The notes under the pieces are model-generated. The model was not told the DNA's origin and made no database searches. It saw only the letters and a list, made by a program, of their open reading frames with translations. The translations under genes and the position numbers were made by a program. From contig CATNEN010000038.1 of NCBI GenBank assembly GCA_950097015.1, positions 14,632,001 to 14,696,000 of the forward strand: a stretch of DNA of 64,000 nucleotides, read 5' to 3'. Origin of the DNA: Macrostomum hystrix (lineage: Eukaryota; Animalia; Platyhelminthes). Of this stretch, positions 37,293 to 48,405 are shown in pieces; positions within the stretch are counted from its first letter, which is position 1, and each line of letters starts with the position of its first letter.

Positions 37293-38140
37293 CAGGGGTC
37301 GGCAAACTCCGACCCGTGGGCCAGATGCGGCCCTCGAAGCTCCCAAATACGGCCCGTTGCCCCTTCCCACACCCACAGTATCCTTTTTCATCTCTCCCGT
37401 GTCTCATCTCTCCCCTGTCTCATCTCTCCCGTGTCTCATCTCTCCCGTGTCTCATCTCTCCCCTGTCTCATCTCTCCGGTGTCTCATCTCTCCCGTGTCT
37501 CATCTCTCCCCTGTCTCATCTCTCCCCTGTCTCATCTCTCCCGTGTCTCATCTCTCCCCTGTCTCATCTCTCCCCTGTCTCATCTCTCCGGTGTCTCATC
37601 TCTCCCGTGTCTCATCTCTCCCCTGTCTCATCTCTCCCGTGTCTCATCTCTCCCGTGTCTCATCTCTCCCGTGTCTCATCTCTCCCGTGTCTCATCTCTC
37701 CCCTGTCTCATCTCTCCCGTGTCTCATCTCTCCCCTGTCTCATCTCTCCCCTGTCTCATCTCTCCGGTGTCTCATCTCTCCCGTGTCTCATCTCTCCCCT
37801 GTCTCATCTCTCCCGTGTCTCATCTCTCCCCTGTCTCATCTCTCCCCTGTCTCATCTCTCCCGTGTCTCATCTCTCCCGTGTCTCATCTCTCCCCTGTCT
37901 CATCTCTCCCGTGTCTCATCTCTCCCGTGTCTCATCTCTCCCGTGTCTCATCTCTCCCGTGTCTCATCTCTCCAGTGTCTTATCTCTTCGGTGTCTCATT
38001 TCTCGTGTGTCTCATCTCTCCCCGTCATCTCTTCTCTGTCTCATCTCTCCCCTATCTCATATTTCTACAGTCAATGCGGCCCGCTGTCGTCTTTACGGTT
38101 CTGTCTTAGGCCCGCTAGCTAGTAAGTTTGCCGACCATTG
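37293..38140. mobile_element. hAT-Charlie-like MITE carrying an internal 17-bp minisatellite (37385-38060)
   Basis: TIR CAGGGGTCGGCAAAC / GTTTGCCGACCATTG; 8-bp TSD GTTTAAAG / GTTTGAAG; subterminal GGCCCG motifs. Confidence 0.85.
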
Positions 38141-38347
38141 GTTTGAAGCTATGGAACTTTTGACAGAGGTTGGGGGGTCAAATCACAAGTGGAAACAATC
38201 GGCATTCTCGAATGAGACCAGACTTAAGTCACTTTAACCCGGCTTTAAGTGGATTTCAAAATTGGCAATACTTGTACAATACTGGGACAACTTGTTAAAG
38301 ATAAAGCGCGATCTTTTGTGTACCATGAAGAACTGCCCAGAACTTAC

Positions 38348-38748
38348 CACAGGCGGCGGGCCGACAATATCAGCAAAGCTCACTGGAGGCTGGCTCCACT
38401 CAGTGAGTCCAAAACTGGCGCCACCAGCGGTCATGGGGCGATTGAGATGAAAGGCCACGCGAAATCGATAGACCCGACCGGGCCTGGCGCCGGCCCAGAC
38501 AACGTGCAGACGACGACGCGTATCGAGAGGCGACGTTTGCACAGCAGCCTCTGCGGGCACCGTTTCGTCTAGGGTGCGAATATCGCCGCCCGGGCACTCG
38601 GCACTAGCCGCCCTGGCTTCCGTAGCAACATAATCGCAATATTGCACTCTGTAGTGCTTGATTATTAAGATTAGTTGACGAGGATACCACCAGCTGATGT
38701 TCACAACTATGCTGCGATCTATTCGGCGGGCTTCAGGTGCGGCTGTGA
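38348..38748 (-). CDS. iHog/CDON-like receptor, FN3 domain 1
   Basis: VNISW...HYRVQY...ARPGRVYRFRVA...TEWS FN3 pattern; tttcag acceptor phase 1, gtg|gtaagt donor phase 0. Confidence 0.88.
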
Positions 38749-38813
38749 CTGAAACGGAGGGAAAATTGCAACTGTAGCTAAATCCCACCGCTGTAACCAT
38801 CTTGACAGTGCAT

Positions 38814-39382
38814 CTATCTATCTATCTATTTGCAGGGGGGCCCGGGGCACTTGTCGCACAAGCGACGGAGCGGCACGCCCCCAGACCGGCGAACTAGGCT
38901 CTTAGCGCCCATCGCGCCGCCTCCCCTGAGCAGGCACCACACACAGCAGCACAGACCAGCCGGGGAGGGCAGGAGGCACCCAGAATAGGCAGCAGTGCCC
39001 CCCACCCCAGCCCCACACGCACATAGCAGACCAAGCCGGAAGGCTGATAAGAAATCAGTCCTCAGGGGGGGCTGGGTGGTGAGTGTACACTTATCCAATC
39101 GCGCTGACGGAAGTCCAGAAAGCGCGCGGCGGTGTACACCCGCCCTCCAGCCACCCCCCGCAAGGTCTCACGCCCCAGCGCCAACGCACACAACTCACAC
39201 AACGCAGAACAGGCACACAGAAAGGTAGGAGCGAAGCTATTGTTTCAAGCTTTGATTGCACGAAATATGGTGCACCTCCGCCGGTCGCTACTGTCCAAAC
39301 CCCCCAACAGGTCCCGAAATTAATCGTGACTTGAAGGGAGAATCGAACTAGCGTCCTTTGGAGTTCGAGGCAGCGACGACGC
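38814..39382 (-). mobile_element. GC-rich tRNA-derived SINE family C, slightly 5'-truncated, (TAGA)n tail
   Basis: 11-bp TSD TGACAGTGCAT (38803-38813 / 39383-39393); B-box-like AGTTCGATTCT on the minus strand; 3' hairpin GTCGC-TTGT-GCGAC before the TAGA tail. Confidence 0.8.
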
Positions 39383-39547
39383 TGACAGTGCATGTAAGTA
39401 TGGTATTTTTACTAGGACAATCTATTTTTAAGATATCAATAGAATATGCGAAGCTAGCAATTAATTTCACTGCTGCCATCATACAAATAATTTAAGGATC
39501 ATTTAGGAACCGAAAGAAAATCACAGACATTGCACAATTAAACTCAC

Positions 39548-39658
39548 TTTCAACTGGAAACTCGCCTCCAGGACCGCTACCGCCGCCGCTGGGTGGACTT
39601 CCAGTGGGTCGAGGTGGCCACACAGCCAAATCAGGATCAGTAGGCAGGTTGGTTTGCT
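39548..39658 (-). CDS. receptor Pro/Gly-rich linker exon (EQTNLPTDPDLAVWPPRPTGSPPSGGGSGPGGEFPVE)
   Basis: tgtttcag acceptor, a|gtgagt donor, 111 nt phase 1-1. Confidence 0.8.
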
Positions 39659-39739
39659 CTGAAACAAAAATTTATTACATTCAAATGTTATTCGCTAAAA
39701 GAAAACAGAAACAGGAAACAGAACATTAAAATTACTCAC

Positions 39740-40117
39740 CAACGCTGACATAGGTAATCTGAACAAAGTGCAAACGCCCCTTTGCATCGGTGACTCGGCA
39801 CTGATAAACACCCGGATAGAGTCCATGACTCTCTGATCGACCAGCCAAAACCAAGCTGAGGACACTATTGTATTGATTAAACGGATTCTGACCACCGCTC
39901 GGGGTCACATTAACTGGCCGGCCGTCCTTGAAAAAGGTGAACACAAATTCGCTGGCCTGGCTGAACTGACTGCCGCAGTGAATCTGAGCAAATCGTTCGT
40001 TTTGCTTGAGCACTTTGTAAGCCACTCCTGTTGTACTGTTGAACACCTGGTCGCCTGCGCCGGACGGGCGAGTGGGACCATCGCCACGATCTGGAGGCGA
40101 CGCGGATGTTCGTGGAG
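39740..40117 (-). CDS. receptor Ig domain 5 exon
   Basis: QIHC...FTFFKDG...PGVYQCRV Ig signature; ttttcag acceptor, g|gtgagt donor, phase 1-1. Confidence 0.88.
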
Positions 40118-40150
40118 CTGAAAATTGGCAGGGAGATTGCTACATAAATT

Positions 40151-40501
40151 AATAAGGGGGTCGGTGGCAAAGCGGTTAACGCGTTCCCCAAGTTCGATTC
40201 CACAGCGAGGCCACATTTATTTGGTGCGCAGCCGCAGAGAGAAGGCTTGGGGGCTTGTCGTGCAATTTACGCAATTGAGGGCCAACCTCCAAGGCACAGT
40301 GAGAGTGTACACTGCCTGACGATGAGAAAGTCAGGCCAGATGTACTCGCCTGTGTGAGCGTGTGCCTGCGTACAGTATCTGTGTGCGTGTGTGCTCAGGA
40401 GTCAGCGAAATGGGCAGAATTGACTCCTCGCTGGCTGCGGGTCTAGTGTCACCAAATGATGCGCCATTGCCCGCAGCCCTCCTGCAATTATTATTATTAT
40501 T
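40151..40501 (+). mobile_element. SINE family A, full-length with TSD and (TTA)n tail
   Basis: A-box TGGCAAAGCGG, B-box AGTTCGATTCC, 15-bp TSD ATTGCTACATAAATT (40136-40150 / 40502-40516). Confidence 0.92.
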
Positions 40502-40721
40502 ATTGCTACATAAATTGCAAAACTTTAAAGGTTCGAACTACCGACCTCCCAGTAAAAAGTCAATCAAATGATCTTTGGTCTCCCCTGGGCTAATACATAC
40601 TCATACATACTCATGCTCATGCTCCTTTGGGCTCCTACAACTTCTTATCCCAGAAAATTCTGATTTCTAGTATTAAACCCAAAAAACTTTCTAGCAAAAA
40701 ATCCCTGGTCACAGAACTGAC

Positions 40722-40871
40722 CAGGAGGGTCCGTAGGCCGCTGCAGAGTGTCGCCTCGGACAATGAGCAGAGCGTGGGCACTCTCCCAGACACCATTGTC
40801 TGGATCGCTGGCCACGCACTGGAAGATGCCACGTATGGACGGATGCAGACGAGGCACCAGCACTGTGGACA
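40722..40871 (-). CDS. receptor Ig domain 4, C-terminal half
   Basis: RGIFQCVASD...SAHALLIV; ccgcag acceptor, g|gtcagt donor, phase 1-1. Confidence 0.82.
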
Positions 40872-40929
40872 CTGCGGATGGACATTGAGGCGGGCTAGAT
40901 GATGTGGCTGATAGTAGATTTATATATTA

Positions 40930-41370
40930 AACTGAGGACCAATCTACGGTTTAGGGATTTAATTGAGGACCAATATATGGTAATTGAGGACAATTCTCCG
41001 GTAATTGAGGACCAATTTACTGTTCTTGAGGACCAAACTATAGGAATAAAGGACCAAACTACGGGAATTGAGGACCAAACTACGGGAATAAAGGACCAAA
41101 CTACGGGGATTGAGGACCAAACTACTGTAATTGGGGACCAAACTACGTATTTGGGGACCAGACTACGGTAATTGAGGACCAAACTACGGGAATTAAGGAC
41201 CAATCTACGGTAATTGAGGACCAATCTACGGGAATTGAGGACCAAACTACAGGAATGGAGGACCAATCTACGGGAATTGAGGACCAAACTACGGGAATTT
41301 AGGACCAAACTACGGGAATTGAGGACCAAATTACGGAAATTGAGGACCAAACAACGGGAATTTAGGATCG
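40930..41370. repeat. 21-bp minisatellite (GAGGACCAAACTACGGGAATT)n, degenerate
   Basis: Visible tandem unit. Confidence 0.88.
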
Positions 41371-41537
41371 AGTTTAAAGATGAAATCGAGCCGTAATTTA
41401 AACAATCCAAGAACATCAAACTCAAGTCGATCTTACAACCGGGATCCGATGTCTGATCTAAAAAATGTTTCAAGAAAACTTGTTAAGTTTAAGCATCAAA
41501 GAGAAAATATCACGGAGCAAATCTTGTGAACGTTTAC

Positions 41538-41705
41538 CTTGAAACACCAGGCCCTGTGAGTCTCTCGGACTAACAAATCGGCCATTGTTATACCACAGCG
41601 GTGTTGGTTTGCCACTGCCGCCAGAGATTCGACAGATGAATCTGGCACCTGAGTCAGCCGATTGCATCTCCACGTCTGACGGCTTGACTGCGATGGATAG
41701 GCGTT
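41538..41705 (-). CDS. receptor Ig domain 4, N-terminal half
   Basis: ARFICRISG..KPTPLWYNNG; ccttcag acceptor, g|gtaaac donor, phase 1-1. Confidence 0.88.
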
Positions 41706-41781
41706 CTGAAGGAGCGGGACGTTGAAGAAACATTAAACTATTGAACTGCATCTACTAAAACATCAACTGAACTAAGCTTAC

Positions 41782-42099
41782 TTTTAACGTCAATTTGAAA
41801 CCTCTCAAGTTGGGTCTCATCGCGAGCCGCCGGTGCCATGTCTCGCCGGTAGCTGACGCGGCAGAAGTACTGGTCGGCGTCCTCCACGCTGATGTTGACA
41901 AACTGAAGCACGCCGAAATTGCGATCCTCTCGCGCCGACACTGGCAATTGTTTGCGACCCTTGTCGCGAAGGAATGAAACTTCGGAGATTGGCGAGGACT
42001 CTGTGATGCAGGTGTAGGCGAGACTGTCGCCTTCCGTCACCGTCAGGCTAGTCGGCGTAGGCGGCGACCGCAGTTTCGGCGGAAACGGAATGACCGCGG
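41782..42099 (-). CDS. receptor Ig domain 3 exon
   Basis: VTEGDSLAYTC...LQFVNISVEDADQYFCRV; ttccgcag acceptor, a|gtaagc donor, phase 1-1. Confidence 0.9.
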
Positions 42100-42567
42100 C
42101 TGCGGAAGTAGTTTTTTCCAATTCAATTAAAAAGCTTCCCATATTCTACTTACACTACTTTTCAGCTTAGTCAGTAGATAGATTCGAACATTGCTGCCTA
42201 TATTATAAAAAAGCTCTAATGTTTCAATCAACTCGTCTAAATTAAAAAATGAAATTTTTTCTGGCTAAAACCAACAATTCAATCACGAATTTGATTGTTT
42301 TCGATGGAAAAATTGAAAAATCACAACACAAAAAGAATTGTTGGTAATGTACTAGTTTGAAATCTGAGAAAGTTTAAATTCAGCTTAATAAATAGTCAGT
42401 GGATTTTTATGCACAAGTGCTCATTAAGGTGGATAGCTTGGATAAATGCGGAAAAAGATAATTGAATTTGTTAGAGAACAATTGAAATGTAAATTACGCA
42501 GTTCAGTGTTTCAATGTAAAAAATTGGCTTTCTTGATTAGCAGAAGGTACATGTCAAGGTCATTCTA

Positions 42568-42615
42568 AGCTGCGGGCAATGGCACATAAGGGGCCTCGCC
42601 GCGATTCGAACCCCG
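42568..42615 (-). mobile_element. internally deleted SINE family A remnant
   Basis: 3' end GCTGCGGGCAATGGCACAT joined directly to head GGCCTCGCCGCGATTCGAACC. Confidence 0.5.
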
Positions 42616-42729
42616 TGACTCCCATCAGTCTTTGCCCAAAAGACAAAAATTTTTGTTGACTTAAAAAATCACATATCTAGATTAAGAAAAAATTAGAATT
42701 TAGTAGGAAAACAAGCGATTGAACATTAC

Positions 42730-42771
42730 CTTGGTACCTCTGTTCACTGGGTACATCTAGTAAAGCGGGTT
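42730..42771 (-). CDS. receptor 42-nt linker microexon (QPALLDVPSEQRYQ)
   Basis: gcttgcag acceptor, aag|gtaatg donor, phase 1-1, open frame. Confidence 0.6.
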
Positions 42772-43149
42772 CTGCAAGCACAATATTGACACATCGGGCA
42801 ACCAGTTACATTTTTTACTATAGTGCGCATAAAGTAAAACTAATTTTAAACTATATTTGACATGCCATCAGTATACACAGCTAAAATCTACAAGTATAAA
42901 TATAATGATAAACAAAACAAACCGAAGGTTAGGCCAAAGTTATTGTAAACTTAAATTATTAGAAAATTATTTTGGATATGGACTGAAAACTAAACTATGT
43001 ACCTGTGTATTTATCTTGCAAAAATGCTTGTAGCTATACATTTCAAATATAAGTTTAGTAGCTGCTTAATTATTGAAAAAATGATAAACAGACTAACTAA
43101 AAAAAGAACATAAATATAAACATTCCGTTTCAAATGGTCGATTGGAAAA

Positions 43150-45078
43150 AGTCGGTGACAGATAAGGAGGGAATACAGTGACAGATAAGGAGTGAATACA
43201 GTGACAGATAAGGAGTGAATACAGTGACAGATAAGGAGTGAATACAGTGACAGATAAGGAGTGAATACAGTGACAGATAAGGACAGAATACAGTGACAGA
43301 TAAGGAGTGAATACAGTGACAGATAAGGAGTGAATACAGTGATAGATAAGGAGTGAATACAGTGCCAGATAAGGAGTGAATACAGTGACAGATAAGGAGT
43401 GAATACAGTGATAGATAAGGAGTGAATACAGTGATAGATAAGGAGTGAATACAGTGACAGATAAGGAGTGAATACAGTGACAGATAAGGAGTGAATACAG
43501 TGACAGATAAGGACAGAATACAGTGCCAGATAAGGAGTGAATACAGTGACAGATAAGGACAGAATACAGTGATAGATAAGGAGTGAATACAGTGACAGAT
43601 AAGGAGTGAATACAGTGACAGATAAGGAGTGAATACAGTGACAGATAAGGAGGGAATACAGTGCCAGATAAGGAGTGAATACAGTGACAGATAAGGAGTG
43701 AATACAGTGACAGATAAGGAGGGAATACAGTGCCAGATAAGGAGTGAATACAGTGACAGATAAGGAGTGAATACAGTGACAGATAAGGAGGGAATACAGT
43801 GCCAGATAAGGAGTGAATACAGTGACAGATAAGGAGTGAATACAGTGACAGATAAGGAGGGAATACAGTGACAGATAAGGAGTGAAAACAGTGCCAGATA
43901 AGGAGTGAATACAGTGACAGATAAGGAGGGAATACAGTGACAGATAAGGAGTGAATACAGTGACAGATAAGGAGTGAATACGGTGACAGATAAGGAGTGA
44001 ATACAGTGACAGATAAGGACAGAATACAGTGACAGATAAGGAGTGAATACAGTGACAGATAAGGAGTGAATACAGTGCCAGATAAGGAGTGAATACAGTG
44101 ACAGATAAGGAGTGAATACAGTGATAGATAAGGAGTGAATACAGTGATAGATAAGGAGTGAATACAGTGACAGATAAGGAGTGAATACAGTGACAGATAA
44201 GGAGTGAATACAGTGACAGATAAGGACAGAATACAGTGCCAGATAAGGAGTGAATACGGTGACAGATAAGGAGTGAATACAGTGACAGATAAGGAGTGAA
44301 TACAGTGACAGATAAGGACAGAATACAGTGATAGATAAGGAGTGAATACAGTGACAGATAAGGAGTGAATACAGTGACAGATAAGGAGTGAATACAGTGA
44401 CAGATAAGGAGGGAATACAGTGCCAGATAAGGAGTGAATACAGTGACAGATAAGGAGTGAATACAGTGCCAGATAAGGAGTGAATACAGTGACAGATAAG
44501 GAGTGAATACAGTGACAGATAAGGAGTGAATACAGTGCCAGATAAGGAGTGAATACAGTGACAGATAAGGAGGGAATACAGTGCCAGATAAGGAGTGAAT
44601 ACAGTGACAGATAAGGAGTGAATACAGTGACAGATAAGGAGGGAATACAGTGACAGATAAGGAGTGAATACAGTGCCAGATAAGGAGTGAATACAGTGAC
44701 AGATAAGGAGGGAATACAGTGACAGATAAGGAGTGAATACAGTGACAGATAAGGAGTGAATACGGTGACAGATAAGGAGTGAATACAGTGACAGATAAGG
44801 AGTGAATACAGTGCCAGATAAGGAGTGAATACAGTGACAGATAAGGAGGGAATACAGTGACAGATAAGGAGTGAATACGGTGAAAGATAAGGAGTGAATA
44901 CAGTGACAGATAAGGAGTGAATACAGTGACAGATAAGGAGTGAATACAGTGACAGATAAGGAGTGAATACAGTGACAGATAGGGAGTGAATACAGTGACA
45001 GATAAGGAGTGAATACAGTGACAGATAAGGAGTGAATACAGTGACAGATAAGGAGTGAATACAGTGACAGATAGGGAG
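43150..45078. repeat. 23-bp minisatellite (GATAAGGAGTGAATACAGTGACA)n, ~83 copies
   Basis: Visible tandem unit; produces the false extension of ORF 43011-45377. Confidence 0.97.
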
Positions 45079-45232
45079 AAGACAGTAATAAGAGGAGACA
45101 ATAGCAAGCTAAGCAAGACACAAAAAAGTGCAACAAATTTAAAAGTGCAACGGAAAACTGGGATTTCAAAAGTGGCCAAACATAGCATTGATAGCATTAA
45201 TAGCATTGATGCAATGCCAGAAAACAACTTAC

Positions 45233-45391
45233 GCGTAACTGTGAGATTAACCAGGCGAGGTGACTGTATTGTCTGGCCAGTGACACTGTTGGTGGCATTG
45301 CAGCCGTAAATTTTGTTACCATCGTCAAGCAGAACCTTTCTAATGATTAACGCTGCCATTCCGCTTGCCAGGCGCACCGTTTTAAATCGTT
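45233..45391 (-). CDS. receptor Ig domain 2, C-terminal half
   Basis: ALII...IYGCNATNSVTGQ (cf. CDON/BOC/iHog CxAxNxVT); tttcgcag acceptor, c|gtaagt donor, phase 1-1. Confidence 0.88.
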
Positions 45392-45878
45392 CTGCGAAAT
45401 GACAGGTTATTTGTTAATTAATAACTTTTTCGATACATATCGGATTTTTTTCATCGCAAATGATAAAATATCGAACAAAACGCTGGTCTGTGCTAATGTC
45501 TGTAAATAAAAATAATTTTCTTGAGAATCGAAATCTAAAATCGAACAGTTTTGAGATACAAATCTAATGCGATAAAAAGAAGCATAATTTTTAACTTTAC
45601 AAATAAATTTTGATAATTAAATTAATCGCGAATTTTACTGAATATGCGATTGCTAAAATATAGTTTTACATGGGTTACATGTAAAAACATTAGTAAAAAC
45701 ATGGGTTACCTCGTTCAAAATAACTCGCTTGAGCTGTACGAGTATAAACAGAAAATAATGTGTCACAGGTACGCACGAGCAGTATTTAAAGTAAGAAACA
45801 CAATTGTATGAAAAATTAAATCAAATATTTCAAATCAAATCATATAAATCAAATAGGGTAGGATCCAGCTGCACTCAC

Positions 45879-46025
45879 TAGTCTGCAACACCGGGGAGCC
45901 ATTTATAGTGAAGACAATCTCAGCCGGGGGCACAGAGACTGGCGGGCGGCACTCCAGCTGTACGTTGTTGCCTTTGTAGCGTTGCATGGAAATCAATCCA
46001 GGTGACTCGGAGAACGGTTCCAGGC
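45879..46025 (-). CDS. receptor Ig domain 2, N-terminal half (not in ORF track)
   Basis: Manual translation RLEPFSESPGLISMQRYKGNNVQLECRPPVSVPPAEIVFTINGSPVLQT; gagcag acceptor, a|gtgagt donor, phase 1-1; GNxxxxxCxPPxSxPPA resembles iHog/CDON Ig2. Confidence 0.88.
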
Positions 46026-46337
46026 CTGCTCAACGGGTAGACAAATAATTGACTGATTCGATTCCACGACTACAGCTCAGATCTGATAGCTGACAAGATT
46101 TGAAAGCCATTACCCCCCAAAGGGTTTAGTGGGAGTTTAAATAAGAGTTGGTAAACAAAAAGCCGATATGTATCGAAATACTTGTAGTAAAGTATTTAAG
46201 GTTTTAAATTGTGGATAATAAGCCAGCCGACATGTATCGAAATACTTTAATAAATCTTATACTTCTTGATTCATGGATAACAATGGCTGCATATCACCGA
46301 CTATGAGTAGCATCTTTCAAACACATTTCTTAAATTT

Positions 46338-46400
46338 AGGATTCGAACCAATGCCAACACTAAGCGTCAAAATGCATCTCAACCAACGAGCTAACGGCAC
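46338..46400 (-). other. tRNA-like fragment (SINE head or tRNA pseudogene)
   Basis: Minus strand has A-box TAGCTCGTTGG and B-box GGTTCGAATCC, but no intact acceptor stem. Confidence 0.4.
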
Positions 46401-46469
46401 ACAGCTTAGCTAAATGCTATAAGTAGTATATAAATAAGATAAACATTAAACCCGCCATGAGGGACTTAC

Positions 46470-46799
46470 GCGCAAAGCGCACACGAAACGGTGCACTAAT
46501 CAGGGCGAATTCGGAGGTGGACACGGCCTTGCAGAACAGCTCCAGCTGGTCTATATTCGTGGCCAGCTGAGGAGTAATTTCAACAGCGTGATGCAGGCAG
46601 CGAATGCCAGGCTGGAGGTCGGAGCCGCTGGGAGCGTAGTGAATGTCGGACCAGTCAGGCGCTCTCCGGTAGCCGCATTGGACTTCCGTGTCGGTGGCGG
46701 CGGCTGTGGCGGGCGGCGCGCAGGGCAGTCGGAGCAGTCGCTGCGAGCCGGGCAAGACGTAGGTTATCGGCGGCGGAGTGACGCCGAACTCGGGCAGTA
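46470..46799 (-). CDS. receptor Ig domain 1 exon (first traced exon; signal-peptide exon lies further upstream)
   Basis: PEFGVTPP...LRLPC...LFCKA...ALISAPFRVRFA; gttctcag acceptor phase 1, c|gtaagt donor phase 1. Confidence 0.82.
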
Positions 46800-46811
46800 C
46801 TGAGAACAAAT

Positions 46812-47175
46812 TTGGGAGCGGAATGAGTTGCTGTAGAGAGCGGAATAAGTTTCAGTAGAGAGTGGAGTGCGTTTCAGTAGGGAGCGGAATGAAAAATAGT
46901 AGGGAGCGGAATGAAAAATAGTAGAGAGTGGAATGAAAAATAGTAGGGAGCGGAATGAATAATAGTATAGAGAGCGGAATGAAAAATAGTAGAGAGTGGA
47001 ATGAAAAATAGTAGGGAGCGGAATGAATAATAGTATAGAGAGCGGAATGAAAAATAGTAGAGAGTGGAATGAAAAATAGTAGGGAGCGGAATGAATAATA
47101 GTAGGGAGCGGAATGAAAAAGAGTAGGGAGCGGAATGAAAAATAGTAGGGAGCGGAATGAAAAATAGTAGAGAGC
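46812..47175. repeat. 22-bp minisatellite (AGTAGGGAGCGGAATGAAAAAT)n
   Basis: Visible tandem unit, abutting the Ig1 acceptor. Confidence 0.9.
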
Positions 47176-48084
47176 CTGACCAGTTAAGAAGCAAAAGTTG
47201 AAAAGCGATGAACGGAAGTCGAAAGGTTCAGTCGAGTTGTAATTTATTCTAAATGGCAATATTCCGAATAATTCTCAAGCAACAGAGAGCCTTTTCATGT
47301 AAGTGATTCCTTCGGATCTCCCAAGAGTAATCACTTATGCCAGAGGCAGTTGTAGAGCATATTCTACACCCGGTCCACTTATTCGGCTAAAGAAGCCTTT
47401 CAAAAAGGAACGGAACAAATTGAGGAAGAAGGCCAGTAGAAGAGAGCAGAGAGGCGAATGCATCACAGCGGTTAGGAAGTGGCGAATTCCCCGGCGTGAT
47501 TTCATTAATCGCGTCCAAGCCTAAAGCAACCAAATAGAGAATGAGAGAGCGAGAAATATGATTTTCCTACTCTACTCAAGAGAGAGAAAACTCAGCGACT
47601 AGAAAAAGAGAAAGAGAGAGTGAGAGAGAGAGACGGATCCTAACACAATTTCCTGGCCCTATATTATACACCCAAAACTCGATCTGACACCGCCAAGGTA
47701 CGGATAATACACGCAGCCATAGCCATACTGTATACTTACTCACTGCTTTAGTTAATAGTCTAGCAGGAGGCTGGGGGCATCATCAACAAGACGGATGACT
47801 TTGGGAGAGTGTGTATAAGTGTTTATGACACGCACACACACACTGTATTGCGAATAAAAGTTGACTCACACACTAAGCAGTCTAGTAAGATTACTTTCAT
47901 GCTGATCCGGGACTCAGTGACTCAAAAATGACTGTAAGACGATGCGGTTAACTAGATCAGCGAACTGAAGAAAGTCAGCAAAGGGGGATTGATGCGACAG
48001 GGGTTGACACTGAGAAACATAGATGGCAAATATGACACATTTAGTCGCTTCACTAACTGTCTTCTTTGACTACTGCTTACAATA

Positions 48085-48405
48085 GCCTAATCTTCCCTAT
48101 CATATTCTAATCTTCCCTAACATATTCTAATCTTCCCTAACATCTTCTAATCTTCCCTATCATATTCTAATCTTCCCTATCATATTCTAATTTTCCCTAT
48201 CATATTCTAATCTTACCTATCATATTCTAACCTTCCCTATCATATTCTAATTTTCCCTATCATATTCTAATCTTCCCTATCATATTCTAATCTTCCCTAT
48301 CATATTCTAATTTTCCCTACATTCTTCTAATCTTCCCTACCATCTTCTAATATTCCTACCATCTTCTAATCCTCCCTACATTCTTCTAATCTTCCCTACC
48401 ATCTT
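48085..48405. repeat. 20-bp minisatellite (CATATTCTAATCTTCCCTAT)n
   Basis: Visible tandem unit. Confidence 0.92.

Noticed and set aside
43011-45232. C-terminal ~740 aa of ORF 43011-45377
   Set aside because: Intronic 23-bp repeat beyond the gtaagt donor at 45232
46338-46400. Functional tRNA gene
   Set aside because: A and B boxes are present but acceptor and anticodon stems do not pair; the SINE heads elsewhere in the window are likewise not tRNAs
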